Shown here piece after piece: positions 13,030-26,900 of a stretch of 64,000 nucleotides of DNA. The position numbers and the translations under genes were made by a program. The notes below the pieces were generated by a model, which worked only from the letters and a program-made list of their open reading frames with translations, ran no database searches and was not told where the DNA came from. Each line of letters begins with the position of its first letter. The stretch's first letter is position 1. The stretch comes from Cetorhinus maximus (Eukaryota): assembly GCF_964194155.1 (NCBI RefSeq), contig NW_027597787.1, positions 1 to 64,000 on the forward strand. The letters are read 5' to 3'.

Positions 13030-13810
13030 ATTGTTAGGCCTCAGTTGGAGTGCTATATTCATTTCTGGGCATCACACTTTAAACAGGATTTCAAAGCCTT
13101 AGAGAAGGTGATTTACTAGAATGGTACCAAGGATAAGAGGCTTCAGTTATATGGAGAGACTGGAAAAACTGGGATTGTTTTCCTTGGAGCAGAGGGTCAA
13201 AAATGGAGGTGGTGGCATCGTGGTATTGTCACTGGGCTAGTAATCCAAAGACCCAGGGAAATGCTCTGGAGACTGGGTTCAAAACCCACCAAATCTCATG
13301 ATGACCATGAAGTCCTTTTCAAATGTCATAGAAACCCATCTGGTTCACTAATGTCCTTTAGAGAAGGAAATCTGCCATCCTCACCTGGTCTGGCCTGCAT
13401 ATGACTTTAGACCCACAGCAATATGGTTGACTCTTAAAATGCCCAGAACTGACACCACATGGACTGCAGCAGTCTGAAAGAAAAAAGATACAATAGCAGT
13501 TTTCAAAATCATGAATGGCTTTGACAAACTAAAGAAAGAGGAAGGGTCTCCAGTAGCAGAAAAATAGCTAATCAGAGGACACAGATTTCAGAACATCTTT
13601 TTTAAGCAGTGTGTTTTTGTGATCTGGAATGCACTGCCTGAAAGGGTGCTGCAAGCAGAATCAATAGCAACATTCTTGGGAGAATTGAATAAATAGTTGA
13701 AGAGAAGAAATATCCAAGTCTAGGAGTAAAGAGCAGGGGAGTGGGACTAATTCGATAGCTACACTAATGAGCTGGTACAAACATGATGGACTGAACACCT
13801 TCCTTTAGCC
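13030..13810 (+). mobile_element. Old CR1 3' fragment interrupted by a family-1 SINE (13205-13470)
   Basis: Degenerate RPQLEY/ERLEKLGLFSLE coding and CR1 3'UTR. Confidence 0.6.
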
Positions 13811-15519
13811 CCTGTACCATCTGAAGACAATGGCAGATGATGCTACCCAGAATGCTTCAGGTGGTAGCATATGGCCCATCAACATCAACAGGGATGCAAC
13901 ACTCAGATTTTGCTCCCTTTCTTTCGTGCTGTGTGATGGTGGGGTTCAATCCCAGTCACTGTTTACCTGCCTGTACCCTGCTGCAAAGTAGTAATGCTAA
14001 GCTTATGATCCTATACTGTGAGCTATAATAACGGTATTTTATTCAAGAAACAAGTTTTCAGACCAAAGACTGAATTGCAGTGTGACTTACATGAGGAAAT
14101 TCACATATAGACTAAATAAAGTTAAAAACATGGAAATGTGACAATCAAACACCAGAAACAGGTTCCAGTTGAAAACTGGCAGGGAAAATGTTTCCAATGA
14201 TAATAATAAAGTCGGACACCAGAACTGAAATAAAAGGCAGGTTATTTTCTAATAATAACAGTGGCAGAGTATGAGTGTAACAATGACACACACGGTCTGA
14301 TACAGTAAGAGTGCAGATGGGGCCCGAAGTAAGAACAGCAAAGGTTTGGCTAACTTTGAGTGTAACAAACACAATGTTTGTTTCAATAATAAGAGTCAGG
14401 TTGCAGTGTGTTAGTGAATTCATCATTGGATCCAATGTGATGATAATACAGTCAGTATCTAGTGCACCAAAACCAAAGATTAGGTCTCATATAGCAGTGC
14501 GAGCGAGTCATGGTCTATTGATATAATATGATATCAATGTGTTGCCTAATCCCTAATAACAGAGCCAAGGATCAATGCAATGTGAATGGGATGGGGTTGA
14601 GTGTAATAACACAGACACGGTCTATTGGAATATGAACTGACGTCAACATTGACTAATTGGTGGCACACTCACCCCGAATCAGAAGGATGTGGGTTCAAGC
14701 CCTCTCCAGAGACCCAACCACATCATCTAAGCTGATGTGCCTGGTCTCATTATAAATGGGAGTCTCTGTTCTTTTGCTGGCTATTTTCTTAGACTCAGAA
14801 GGAGTGAAGGGAATGACAGACGGGACAATTCTGGGCAGTTGCTCCATCCAGCAAGGCAGGGATTTCTGGGACATGATTGCAGGTTTGAGGTGTCCGCCCA
14901 CTCATTAAAAAACAACCTCTTCCTCTTTGGGTTTGTGAAGGGAGTTATGGCTGCAGCACGCGAGGCCGACTAGAGTCTGGTGTAAAAATAATCACAAAGG
15001 CCAATTCCAGTTCTTAATAACGGAGGTGGCTTTAACTACAGGTAATCTTACATTAAGGGAGACAAGAGGCTGAGTAAAGATTCGATTGTAATAGGAGGAC
15101 AAGGTGTAAGGAAGCAATGATATTTGGGTGTCTGTGTTATGGTGAGTGTCACAGGGAGGTGTGTGATAAAATAGAAGTGGAAATGTCATGACAGAGACAC
15201 GTGTGACTGACTCCACCTGACTGAGAGCTGTTATACCCAAGGGGAGGGCAATGACGACATGGGGAACTCCAGAGATTTCTGGTGTCTGAGGTGACAATGG
15301 TGCATCTGTTAGAGGAACTGAAAAGCATTGGTTCCTTCTCACCCTTGCCTGCAGTTCCTGAGTTACACAGACACACAGGAAACAGATCTGACAGCTCGTA
15401 GAAACTAATGTTTTAAATCTTCTGTTTGAGACACATTACGATTGAAAAGATCAAATGTTAAAACCTCAGGAGAGGAAAATTCAGAATGTCACAAAGATGA
15501 GTGAACTGTCCAATTAGTC

Positions 15520-15925
15520 CCATTCACCATAACTCTGCGAATTTTCCCCTCTTCGAGTATTGATCCAATTCCCCTTTGCGAGTTTCCAACTCCCTGTCAG
15601 TGTCTGCATTCCAGATCATATCAAATCACTGTGTAAAAATGTTCTCATCACACCCTCCAGTTCTGTTGTCAAACATCTTAAATTTCTGTGTCTTCTGGTT
15701 ACAAACCTTCCTGCTCCTGGAAACAGTTTCTCCCTATCAATACTATCACAAATCCTTCCTCATTTTGAACACCTCCATTAAATTTCCCCCTAAACTTTTC
15801 TGATCTAAGAAGGACAGCCCCTGTTTTTCCCGCTCAAAAGAAGCGTCACATTGGACTCGAAACCTTAAATCTGTTTCTCTGTCCACAGATGCTGCCAGAC
15901 CTGCTGAGTTTTTGCAGCATTTTCT
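15520..15925. repeat. CR1 3' fragment (minus) abutting a Penelope-type terminal repeat (plus)
   Basis: GLSFLDQKSLGGNLMEVFK on minus; ggactcgaaacc...cacagatgctgccagacctgctgag at 15853-15910. Confidence 0.55.
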
Positions 15926-16964
15926 GCCTTTAGCCGTTTTTCCTTCTTTAATCAATCAAAAACCCTTCATGATAACCCTCAATTAAACAGGCACACACTG
16001 ACATCAAGAGAGATTAAGAGGAAAGGAGAGACAAAGACAGAGAAAAACTGAGACACTTAAAAAAACAGAAAGATGAGGCGGTGAGAGATAAAGCTGAGAA
16101 ATAGAGAAAGCAAGTAATACAGAAAGATGTGAGAGAATGATATAAAATGGAAAGGAGCAGGCTAGCAGTTCCTGGCTATGGAAAGCAGAGGGAACTCAGT
16201 GACTGACCCACAGACACGGCCACGTATGTCCGGGAATGGAGACTCTGAACAGAAGCAACAGACTCATTTGTAAATGTCACCGCAATGTGATCTGTGTGAC
16301 TCTGCCCTAACTCTGTGGCCAGATATAGGCCGCCTTGACAGATGTTCTCACCCGACCGTGGCCTCTGGATTTATTTTCTGCTCAGAAGTGAGATGTGTGG
16401 TTAGGAACCAGCAGCAGAGAAACAGGAAGTTGTGTTTCCTGAGAATGAAACAGCAGGTGTTAGTTTCATGTTATCACCGTGAACAGTCTTCCTGCCTGTG
16501 AGGGTGGACTCACTCTGACAGCATCAAGAACAACCACACAGATTGCTGCCAGTCTCAGCATTACATTCACCTCCATTCCCAATTTAAAGATTTAAACATA
16601 TGAGCTTATTTGGGGTTTTACCATATTCACTGAAGGGGGAAACGAGCTGATGGTTATCCTTGGGAGAAATAAGGGGAAATTATATAAAATGAATAATTTT
16701 GCCCAAAAACAGTTATCAGAAAATAGGAGAGTTAAAGTGAATCGAGGCCTGTCTGAGAGTGAGAGAGTGAAACAGAGAGAGAGGGGAATGACTCTCTGTA
16801 CGTTGAGCACTGCCTCAGACAGAGAAGAGAGGCTAAGTAAGGTTAAGTGTGTTAGGTTCTTTCTCAGAGAGAGATAAAAAAATTAAGTGAGTTTAGGTGC
16901 TCTCTGAAACAGAGAGATTAAGTGACTCAGTATCTGAGAGAAAGAGGAGAGAAGTTAAGTGAAA

Positions 16965-17130
16965 TAAAAGCAAAATATTGTGGATGCTGAAAATCTGAAA
17001 TAAAAACAGAAAATGTTGGAAAAACTCAGCAGGTCTGACAGTATCTGTGGAGAGAGAAACAGAGTTAACGTTTCAAGTCTGTATGACTGAAGACGACCAT
17101 ACGCTCTGAAGAAGAGTCATACGGACTCGA
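16965..17130. repeat. Penelope-type terminal repeat (minus) followed by an inverted partial copy (plus)
   Basis: gagttaacgtttcaagtctgtatgact then ctctgaagaagagtcatacggactcga. Confidence 0.6.
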
Positions 17131-17379
17131 GAGTTGAAGTGAGTTTGGGGACAGATGTGCTCATATTGGTAATTGAATGGTCAATGTGAGATTGTTTTCT
17201 AAACAGCAGCACCCCAGAGAATGGGTTCCAGATAATTGTCAGTGCTATGAAAAGATTTGCAAAGATATTACATTTGGAATAAATGGAAATAAAGGACTAA
17301 AATACTTGCTGGGGATAATTACTTCAGGAAATACATTGCAAACGTGAAGAATGATGCGTTCACAATCAGACACATAGAC

Positions 17380-18436
17380 ACAAGAACAAAGAAGAAAAGG
17401 ACAGCACAGGAACAGGCCCTTCGGCCCTCCAAGCCTGCGCCGATCATATTGTCTGTCAACTAAAACATTTTGCACTTCCGGTGTCCGTATCCCACTATTC
17501 CCATCCTATTCATGTATTTGTCAAGTTGCCTCTTAAAAACCACTATCATACCTGCTTCCACCACCTCCTCTGGCAGCGAATTCCAGACACTCACTACCCT
17601 CTGCGTAAAAAACTTGCCCTGCACATCTCCTCTAAAGTTTTCTCCTCTCACCTTAAATCTATGTCCCCTAATAATTGACTCTTCCACCCTAGGAAAAAGT
17701 TTCTGACTATCTACTCTGTCCATGCCACTCATAATTTTGTAAACTTCTATCAAGTCGCCCCTCAATCTCCGTCGCTCTAGTGAGAACAATCCGAGTTTCT
17801 CCAACCTCTCCTCATAGCTAATAACCTCCAGACCAGGCAGCATCCTGGTAAACCTCCTCTGCACCCTCTCCAATGCCTCCATATCCTTCTAGTAATGTGG
17901 CGACCAGAATTGCACGCAATATTCCAAGTGTGGCCTAACCAAGGTGCTATACATTTGCAGCATGACTTCCCAGCTTTTATACTCAATACCCCTGCCAGTG
18001 AAGGCAAGCATGCCATATGCCTTCCTGACTACCTTATCCACCTGCGTTGCCACTTTCAGTGACCTGTGGACCTGTACACCCAGATCCCTCTGCCCGTCGA
18101 TGCACTTAAGGGTTCTGCCATTTACTGTATAATTCCTGCCTGTATTAGACCTTCCAAAATACATTACCTCGCATTTGTCCGGATTAAACTCCATCTGCCA
18201 TTTCTCCGCCCAAGTCTCCAACCGATCTATATCCCGTTGTATCCTTTGACAATCCTCTTCACTATCTGCAACTCCTCCAACCTTCGTGTCGTTTGTAAAC
18301 TTACTAATTAGCCCAGTTACATTTTCCTCCAAATCATTTACGTATACTACAAACAGCAAAGGTCCCAACACTGATCCCTGCGGAACACCACTAGTCACAG
18401 CTCTCCATTCAGAAAAGCATCCTTCCACTGCTACCC
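17380..18436 (-). mobile_element. CR1 LINE 3' end, relatively young
   Basis: SGVPQGSVLGP...RPHLEYCVQFWSP, one stop, then RRLRGDLIEVYK; 3'UTR and simple-repeat tail. Confidence 0.92.
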
Positions 18437-18869
18437 TCGAGTGTGTGCGCGCACACACTCACACACACCATTTTGTGTTGAGCTGGTTTCAGTTGTGCCT
18501 GTTAACCAGTTGATAGATTTTTAATTGGATACCATTAGGATTCTGCAGCAGTCCATTCGACTGAGGAGACAGTTCTAGATTCTGTCTGACACCATCAGTG
18601 GGTCAGGTGGAAGCTTAATAGAAAATCCTGCAGGAAAAATAATCCTTAACATTAAAAATCTATCTGAGCAATTGACTCAGTGCTACACCAGTGTGAATTA
18701 GTAAACTTTAACACAACAGGGTTTGTCACTAAGTAGTGTAAAGTACAGTGCACTAATGCTCACCTTTAGTCTTGCCCCTCAATCCCAGTTAATCTCTGGG
18801 AGATTGTTACAAGATTCACCCCATCCTTTCGACACAAATATTACCCACATAACACTAGAGTCATTAGAA

Positions 18870-19880
18870 ATTGATGTGTGCTTCCCACACACTGTCCTTT
18901 TAAATATACTTCACTCCTACCAGCCTTTAACTATCAAAAACATAACAGAGTTAATAGCTGCTGATAGCTGTCAATGAGATTAAATTTATGCTTGAAATGA
19001 TTAAATCTTCACATGCAAAATATATTTTGTTTTATTCTTTGATGGGATGTGGGTGTCACTGGCAAGGCCAATATTTGTTGCCCAACCTTAACTGCCCTTG
19101 AACAGAGTGGCTTCCTCGGTTATTTCAGAGGGCAATTAAGAGTTAACCACATTGCTGTGGGTCTGGCCTCACATGTAGGCCGGACCAGGTGAGGACGGCA
19201 AATTTCCTTCCATAAAGGACATTAGTGAAGCAGATGGGTTTTTACAACAAGCAATGATAATTTCATGGACACTATCACTGAGACCAGCTTTCAATTGCAG
19301 ATTTTGAATATGAGGTTAGAAGCCTGGTCAATATGCTCAGGTTCTGAAGGTGAAATCCACAATTTAGAGATCCTGAAATCAGTGTCGTCACTGTAACCAA
19401 GCTGCTACTAAAATGTTTAAGGAGCTAAGGTGACATTTTACATCTACAGTTTGACCATAACATTGGTTAATACCATTACTGTTAAACTTCCAGATAATAA
19501 AATCACAAACAGCAACTTCAAGCAGAAGGAGCAGAATAAACGAGATGGAGAGAAACACGAGAACCCACAGGCGAGTACCACATAGAGCAGGTTCACACAC
19601 CCGCGGACAGGGTGGGTTGGCGCGCCCAGGGGTGGGGCGGGTTCATACACCCAAGGCTCACCGGGAATGATCAGAATAAGGAAACCACCCAGAAAACTAC
19701 CAATAGGAATCTTCAGCTGAACACATCACTCATTCTTAAAGGGACCGAAGGGGTCCTGACACTGTGAAGTTAAAGGGGCAGACACAGCTTCAGCCTTCTC
19801 TCTGTTACCTTTCTGATAGTTAAAGGCTGGTAGGAGTGAGGTATATTTAAAAGGACAGTGTGTGGGAAGCACACATCAAT
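18870..19880. repeat. 67-bp near-perfect inverted repeat pair (18870-18936 / 19814-19880)
   Basis: One mismatch in 67 bp by direct comparison; encloses a family-1 SINE (19030-19300) and a GC-rich patch. Confidence 0.85.
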
Positions 19881-20570
19881 AAAACTGGGAATTCTTGGAC
19901 ATACGCTGCAGGTCGTTCTTTATCTGGGAATCAAACTGTTGTATTATTGTCCCAGCAGTTAACAGCCTCCTGTGAACTCCTCCAGCTTCTAGTTTAATGC
20001 AGATTTTAACCCAATAAATTTCACCATGTTTCGATTCAGTGACTCGGGACTGACACACAAACACGTTGAACCATTTTAGACTTATTAAGAACCATTCTCC
20101 GTCTGGAAACTTAAACCTGCTGTTTCACTTTCAGTCAGGAACAGATCACAATTTTACACCAACCTTTGATTTGGCAGCACATTTCCAGCATTCACCATTG
20201 TTCTTCCTGACTCTAAACCCAGTTGTAAAAGAGCCTTCTGTTCTGTGTCTAGGAGCTCTGAACCATGGAAGAGAGCAACTGAGACACATTTCTTACACAC
20301 CTCAGGATTCACCCACATGGGGATTGTGCCGTCAGTGAAGAAAGATAAGAAAGACCAAAGAGTTGTTTAGGGCTCCCTCAGTGTGACCCTGATGGACTGT
20401 GTCCAGGCTGAAGTTCTGTTCCTACCGTAAGATCTTCCCCAAGATTGTCCTTTATGACTCCAGCCAGGTGATGTTAAACACTCAGATGGGGAAAAACAAA
20501 AATCTACAAACAAAGCTGATTTATTTCACATTTATTCAGAATATTGAACCTCATCAACAGGTCAGGACAG

Positions 20571-21734
20571 TCAGAATGAACATGGTTCAGTCCTGGTATG
20601 ATTAACAGCATCAACAGGAGTAGAATCCAAACCTTGCAATCGCCTGTGAACCCACTGGTGTGTTCGCAGGTGTGATGACTGAGTGAATGCCTTTCCGCAG
20701 GCATTACAGGTGAACGGCCTCTCCCCACTGTGAACTCGCTGGTGTTTCAGCAGATAGGATGAATGAGAAAATCTCTTCCCACACACAGAGCAGGTAAATG
20801 GCCTCTCCCCACTGTGAATGCTCTGGTGTGTCAGCAGGTTGGATAACTGAGTGAATCCCTTCCCACACACAGAGCAGGTGAACGGCCTCTCTCCAGTGTG
20901 TACTCGCTGGTGATTCAATAGGTTGGATGACCGAGTGAATCCCTTCCCACACACGGAGCAAGTAAACGGTCTCTCCTCAGTGTGAACCTGTTGATGTGTC
21001 AGAAGGTTAGATGAACGGGTGAATCCCTTCCTACAGTCAGAGCAGGTGAATGGTCTATCCCCTGTGTGAAGTTGCTGGTGTATCAGAAGGTTGGATGAAT
21101 TAATGAATCCCTTCCCACAGTCAGAGCAGGTGAACGGCCTCTCCCCAGTGTGAATTCGCTGGTGATTCAGTAGGGCAGTCGGACGGGTGAATCCTTTCCC
21201 ACAGTTGGTACCGGTGAATGGCCTCTCTCCAGTGTGAGTATATTGATGTGTTAGCAGTTCCTTTTTGCTTTTAAAGCTCTTGTCACAGTCAGAACAATTA
21301 AAAAATTTGTTATCAGAGTGAACAAGTTGATGTGTCAGAAGGTGGGATGACTGAATGAATCCCTTCCCACACACGGAGCAGGTGAACGGCCTCTCCCCAG
21401 TGTGAATACGTTGATGTATCAGCAGATCTTTTCTGCATTTAAAACTCTTCTCACAGTTAGAACATGTAAACGGTCTCTTATCAGTGTGAACAAGTTGGTG
21501 TGTCACAATGTGGGATGACCGAGTGAAGTCCTTCCCACACACAGGGCAGGTGAATGGCCTCTCCTCAGTGTGAACTCGCTGGTGTGTCCGAAGGTTGTAC
21601 AAATGGGTGAATCCCTTCCCACAGATAGAGCAGGTGAACGGTCTCTCCCCAGTATGACTGCGCCGATGAACTTCCAGTTGGGATGGGAAACTGAATCCCT
21701 TCCCACAGTCCATACATTTCCATGGTTTCTCCAT
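20571..21734 (-). CDS. C2H2 zinc-finger protein (ZNF-3), 13 fingers (one degenerate)
   Basis: 387-aa ORF from accATGg (MEKPWKC); the usual stop is replaced by CGA, giving a C-terminal extension. Confidence 0.88.
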   Translation of the reverse strand: MEKPWKCMDCGKGFSFPSQLEVHRRSHTGERPFTCSICGKGFTHLYNLRTHQRVHTEERPFTCPVCGKDFTRSSHIVTHQLVHTDKRPFTCSNCEKSFKCRKDLLIHQRIHTGERPFTCSVCGKGFIQSSHLLTHQLVHSDNKFFNCSDCDKSFKSKKELLTHQYTHTGERPFTGTNCGKGFTRPTALLNHQRIHTGERPFTCSDCGKGFINSSNLLIHQQLHTGDRPFTCSDCRKGFTRSSNLLTHQQVHTEERPFTCSVCGKGFTRSSNLLNHQRVHTGERPFTCSVCGKGFTQLSNLLTHQSIHSGERPFTCSVCGKRFSHSSYLLKHQRVHSGERPFTCNACGKAFTQSSHLRTHQWVHRRLQGLDSTPVDAVNHTRTEPCSF

Positions 21735-22359
21735 GGTGTGGGGGTCCTTGTCTCTCTCCAGGTTGGACGCTTAGTTGAAGCCTTGTCCACACACAACACG
21801 TGAACAGTTTCTCCCCACTGTGAATGGTGCGATATTTTTGCAGACTGTGTAACTGCTTAAAGTTTTTTCCAAAGTCAATTCACTGGAACACTCTCACTCG
21901 GGTGTGTGTGTGTTGAGGCTTTTCCAGTCACACCGATGTTTGAAATCCTTTCCCAAAGACAGAATAGACAAAAATTTCTCCTTCCACATTCAAAAGTTGA
22001 TGATACTCAGGTCCTGATGAATTCAGTGCCTCTGACAGATCTTGATGTGATGTTTGCTTTGCGTTTTCTGTCTGCCAGTCACCTCCGTTTAATACCCTGT
22101 AAAACGAGTTTACAAAAGTCATCACTTTAAATCCAGGACTGAAATTCAGAACAGAGTTTCTATGGAACATTTATTCCTCTCTTGTTCCCCCAAAGCTGTA
22201 AATCCCTGTCCCACACACTCTCCCTCCTCCCTGGGCTGAAATCCAAACCCATCTCACCATCTCCACCATTTCTTTCCTCCACTCCCAGTTTTCTCCCTCC
22301 CTCTCCTCTGCCTGGGTTCAGTTCTCCAGCTCCTGTGTCTCTGATTCAGGGTCTCAGGC

Positions 22360-22830
22360 GGGACCCCAGCTGCCTTCGGGCGGGACACAGGACAGGGGAC
22401 CCTCCTGGGTGTGTCTTACCCGGACCCTGAGTCCGTCCCCCCAGTTTCTGAGCCCCCGGGCGGCCCGCGGTCTCCCCGCAGTTTCTGAATCTCCCGCTCC
22501 GGAGCCTCTTCCTCTGAACCCGGCTCTGTCACCGGGAAGAAGCCCCGGAGCTGCAAACACGGGTCATGGAGACTGTGATCCGGGATTGCGGCCTACACCG
22601 GGTGTTTCTGGATCCTCCCCACCCCGGCTCCCGGCTCCCAGAACCGCTCCTCCCTCCGCCTCAGCGACTCTCACTCGCGTCTCCCGCACTCCCAGGGCTC
22701 TGATCAAACTGACACTGCGCATGCTCCAGGTATCATCATCAGCATTGCGCCTGCGCGTTGGGCTCCTGTACAGTGACTAGGGCACTTTCACACACGCAGG
22801 TGATTGTGGGTATCGGCAGTGCCATTGAAA
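22360..22830 (-). promoter_or_regulatory. CpG island, promoter/exon 1 of ZNF-3
   Basis: High CpG density; TGCGCATGCTC and TGCGCCTGCGC NRF1-like motifs as in module A; donor CGG|GTAAGA near 22419. Confidence 0.6.
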
Positions 22831-23554
22831 CACAAAATAGAGAACGAAAACAATTTTCTGATACCCAATTGTGAACAAATAAAAAGAAAAATCACACGCA
22901 AATCCTAGTAAATGGGTGCTTTGCCATGTTCCATTTCTCGAAGTGATTTAAACATATCTCAAGCCAGCTTAAACGTGTTAAGGGCAAGTCATGTTCAACT
23001 AACTTGCTGTAAATTATTCACAAATGCCCATTCCCCTTCCTTCTGTTGTATAATGGAAGTTCCGTGCATTGGTGTTTCTTTATCATTTGGTTCTGATCTT
23101 TATTGATTGGTCTATGGTCAAAGTTTCAATCCCATAACCACAAAGTAATCATAAAAAAAAATATTTTTCACTCACAATTACCCAGCACCCCAGCAGCTGG
23201 GATTCTGCATTGCGACTGGAGGAGCTCCTGCTCATAGATTCTGCTTCCAACAAATGTTGTTCTTATAGTGGCTGTCCCTGTGATTGCGGGCTTTTCTGGG
23301 GTGAAATTGCCCGTTGCCCCCGTGTAGTTGGAACCCTGGTTCTGAAATACTGTCCGTATGATTTTAAGGTTTCCTGGAATAATGCACCGATGGAAATCTG
23401 CAATAATCCATGGTCCCATCTGAGTTGCAGATTTTAATGTGATTGTCCAATCTAGAAAAAATATCATTTCACCCCTTTAAACCTGATTCAGCTGATCCCC
23501 TCCACACATGCTACAAAAGATTATTTTTGAGATCAGCTGTTCCTTTTCGTCTGG

Positions 23555-23657
23555 AAGAAAAACAAAAAATGCTGGAAAAATTCAGCAGGTCTGATAGCAT
23601 CTGTGGAAAGAAAGACAGAGTTAACGTTTTGAGTCCGTATGACTCTTCTTCAGAGTC
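23555..23657 (-). repeat. Penelope-type terminal repeat with hammerhead-like core
   Basis: Minus CTGAAGA-A-GAGTC-ATACG-GACTC-AAAA-CGTT-AACT. Confidence 0.65.
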
Positions 23658-23928
23658 TGTGTTATTTTGAATTATGACATTCTCCTGAACCTTTTTTTAT
23701 TTTTTTGCAAAAATATACTTTATTCATAAAATATCTTCAATCACATTCCAAACCATTTCAAAAACACCATTTCGAGGGTACAATCAGGTTCAACTTTTAC
23801 AAAATGTATCACCAGGTGCATCAGTATAAACAATATTACAGTCATTTACAGCCTTTCATTTTGAGCTGTACAGCCCGAGGGGCTTTTAAACAGTTCCCAG
23901 TCCCTCGGTGCACTGTGGCAGAAAGGTC

Positions 23929-26900
23929 TTAGATAGCGACCCTTCCCCATTGCGCCTTTGCGGCAGCTGCCCCAAGCTTCAGTGCGTCCCTCAGCACGTA
24001 ATCCTGGACTTGGATTGTGCCAGTCCGCAACACTCGGTCGGGGACAACTCTTTGTGCTGGAAGACCAACAAGTTTCGGGCAGACCAAAGCGCGTCTTTCA
24101 CCGAGTTGATGATCCTCCAGCTGCAGTTGATGTTTGTCTCGGTGTGTGTCCCTGGGAACAGCCCGTAGAGCACAGAGTCCTGTGTCACAGAACTGCTCGG
24201 GATGAACCTCGACAGCAACCACTGCATCTCTCTCCAGACCTTCTTTGCAAAGACACAATCCACAAGGAGGTGAACAACGGTCTCTTCCCCACCACAGCCA
24301 CCTCAAGGGCAACGTGCAGAGGGGGTGAGACTCCTGGCGTGTAGGAAGGATCTAACGGGAAGGGCCTTTCTCACCACCAGCCAAGCCACGTCTTGGTGCT
24401 TGTTGGAAAGTTCTAGCGATGAGGCATTCTGCCAAATGACTTTGAGTATGCTCGGGGAACCATCCCACAGGATCCACCCTCTCCTTTTCCCTCAGGACCT
24501 CTAAGACTTTACGTGCTGACCACTGCCTGATGGACTTGTGGTCAAAGGTGTTTTTCTGCATAAATTTTTCCACGAGGGACAGGTGGTACGGCACGGTCCA
24601 ACTACTTGGAGCATTCCGCGGCAGCGTGGCCAGACCCATCCTTCGCAACACCGGGGACAGGTAGAACCTCAGCACGTAGTGACACTTGGTGTTTGCGTAC
24701 TGAGGGTCTACGCACCGCTTGATGCAGCCACACACAAAGGTGGCCATCAGTATGAGGGCGATGTTGGGCACGTTTTTTCCCCCTTTATCTAGAGGCTTGT
24801 ACATCGCGTCCCTGCGGACACGATCCATTTTCGACCTCCAGATAAAGCGGAAGATGGCTCGAGTGATCGCCATCGCGCAGGAGTGTGGAATGGGCCAGAC
24901 CTGCGCCACGTACAGCAACAGCGAGAGTGCCTCACACCTGATGACCAGGTTCTTACCCGCAATGGAGAGGGAGCATCGCTCCCACATGCCCAGTTTCCTT
25001 TTCACCATAGCCACTCGCTCCTTCCAGTTTCTAACGTATGCCCTGGTCCCTCCGAACCATATCCCCAGCACCTTCAGGCCATCAGCCCTGACAGTGAAGG
25101 GGACAAAGGATCGGTCAGCCCAGTTCCCAAAGAACATGGCCTCGCTCTTCCCACGATTTACCTTGGCTCCCGAGGCCAGTTCGAACTGGTCGCAGATGTG
25201 GATCAGTCTGCGCACCGACAGCGGATCCGAGCAGAAGACGGCGACATCGTCCACGTACAGGGAGGCTTTTACCTGAGTGCCTCCACTGCCTGGGATCGTC
25301 ACTCCTCTTATGCCCGGATCCTTCCTGATGGACTCGGCAAAGGGTTCTATGCAACACATGAAAAAAACAGGCAAGAGAGGACAGCCCTGCCTGACTCCAG
25401 ATTTAATCGGAAAGCTATCTGTTTCCCACCCATTGATTGAGACTGCGCTACTGATGTTAGTGTAGAGCAGTTGGATCCAATTTCGAATTCCCTCCCCAAA
25501 CCCCATTTTGGAGAGCACATCCACCATGTAGGTGTGCGATATTCTGTCAAAGGCCTTCTCCTGATCCAAGCTGATGAGGCAGGTATCCACACCCCTGTCC
25601 TGTACATAGACAATCGTATCCCTGAGCAGCGCGAGGCTGTCAGAGATCTTCCTGCCTGGCACAGTGCAGGTCTGGTCAGGGTGAATCACCAATTCCAGAA
25701 CGGATTTGACCCGATTGGCGATGACCTTGGACAGAATCTTATAGTCCACATTCAACAGTGCAATGGGTCGCCAATTTCTAATTTCCTCCCTTCCCCCCTT
25801 GTGCTTGTAGATGAGGGTGATGATGCCTTTCCTCATTGATTCTGACATGCTGCCAGCCAGTAGCATACTCTCGTACACTTCTAGCAGGTCTGGGCCGATC
25901 AAGTCCCACAGCGCCGAATACAACTCCGCCGGCAAGCCATCGCTTCCGGGAGTTTTACTCTTCTCGAAGGACTCAAGGGCCTTAGTCAGTTCATCAGGAG
26001 TTAGCGATTTGTCCAGGCTCTCCCGCGTACTGTCGTCTAAGACCTCCGTGATAGAGGACAGGAAGGACTGGGAGGCCGTGCTGTCCGTGGGCTTCACGTC
26101 ATACAATCCGGCATAAAAGGATTTGCTGATCCTCAAAATGTCAGACTGTGATGACTTTACTGAGCCGTCTTCTTCCTTCAGGCTGCTGATCACAGAGCTC
26201 TCTCTGTGTACCTTTTGGAAGAAGAAACGTGAGCACGTCTCATAATGCTCCACGGAGCGGACTCTGGAACGGAAGATGATCTTGGAGGCCTCCGAGGCAA
26301 AGTGCGAGGCTTGCTGGCTCTTCACCTCTTGGAGTTCCTCCTTGACATCGACGCCCATCGACTGCAGTCGGAGCAGATTCTGAATGTTTTTCTGGAGTCG
26401 AGACATTTCCCTCTGTTCCTTTCTAGCTTTCTGGGTGCCTTTGAGGATGAAAAACCTCTTGATGTTTCCCTTGATCGCTTCCCACCAGTGTGTCAGGGAC
26501 TCAAAGAGGGGTTTCACGGTTCTCCAACCTTTGTAATCCCTCTTGAGCTCCTCAATGTTCTCTGGGGTCAGCAGTTGCACATTTAGCTTCCATGCCCCCC
26601 TGCCCACCCTCAGGTCCTTCACTAAGTGGCAGTCCGCCAGTAGGAGGCAGTGGTCAGAGAAAAACACCGGCTTGACGTCGGTGGATCTGACTGTGAATGC
26701 ACGGGACACAAATAGGAAGTCTATCCTGGAACGAATGGACCCGTCTGGCTGCGACCAGGTGTATCTACGCTGCGCTCCGTCTGCAGGGTTGCTGAAGACG
26801 TCGTGCAACTTGGCATCCTTAACTGTTTCCATCAGGGATCTGGACGTAGCGTCCAATCTGCTGTCGGCCCTGCTGGATCGTCCAGCCGTATCGATGATGC

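Noticed and set aside
14145-14640. Possible coding or structured region
   Set aside because: Appears to be an old, highly diverged minisatellite (gagtgtaa..., ggtctattg...) with no credible ORF.
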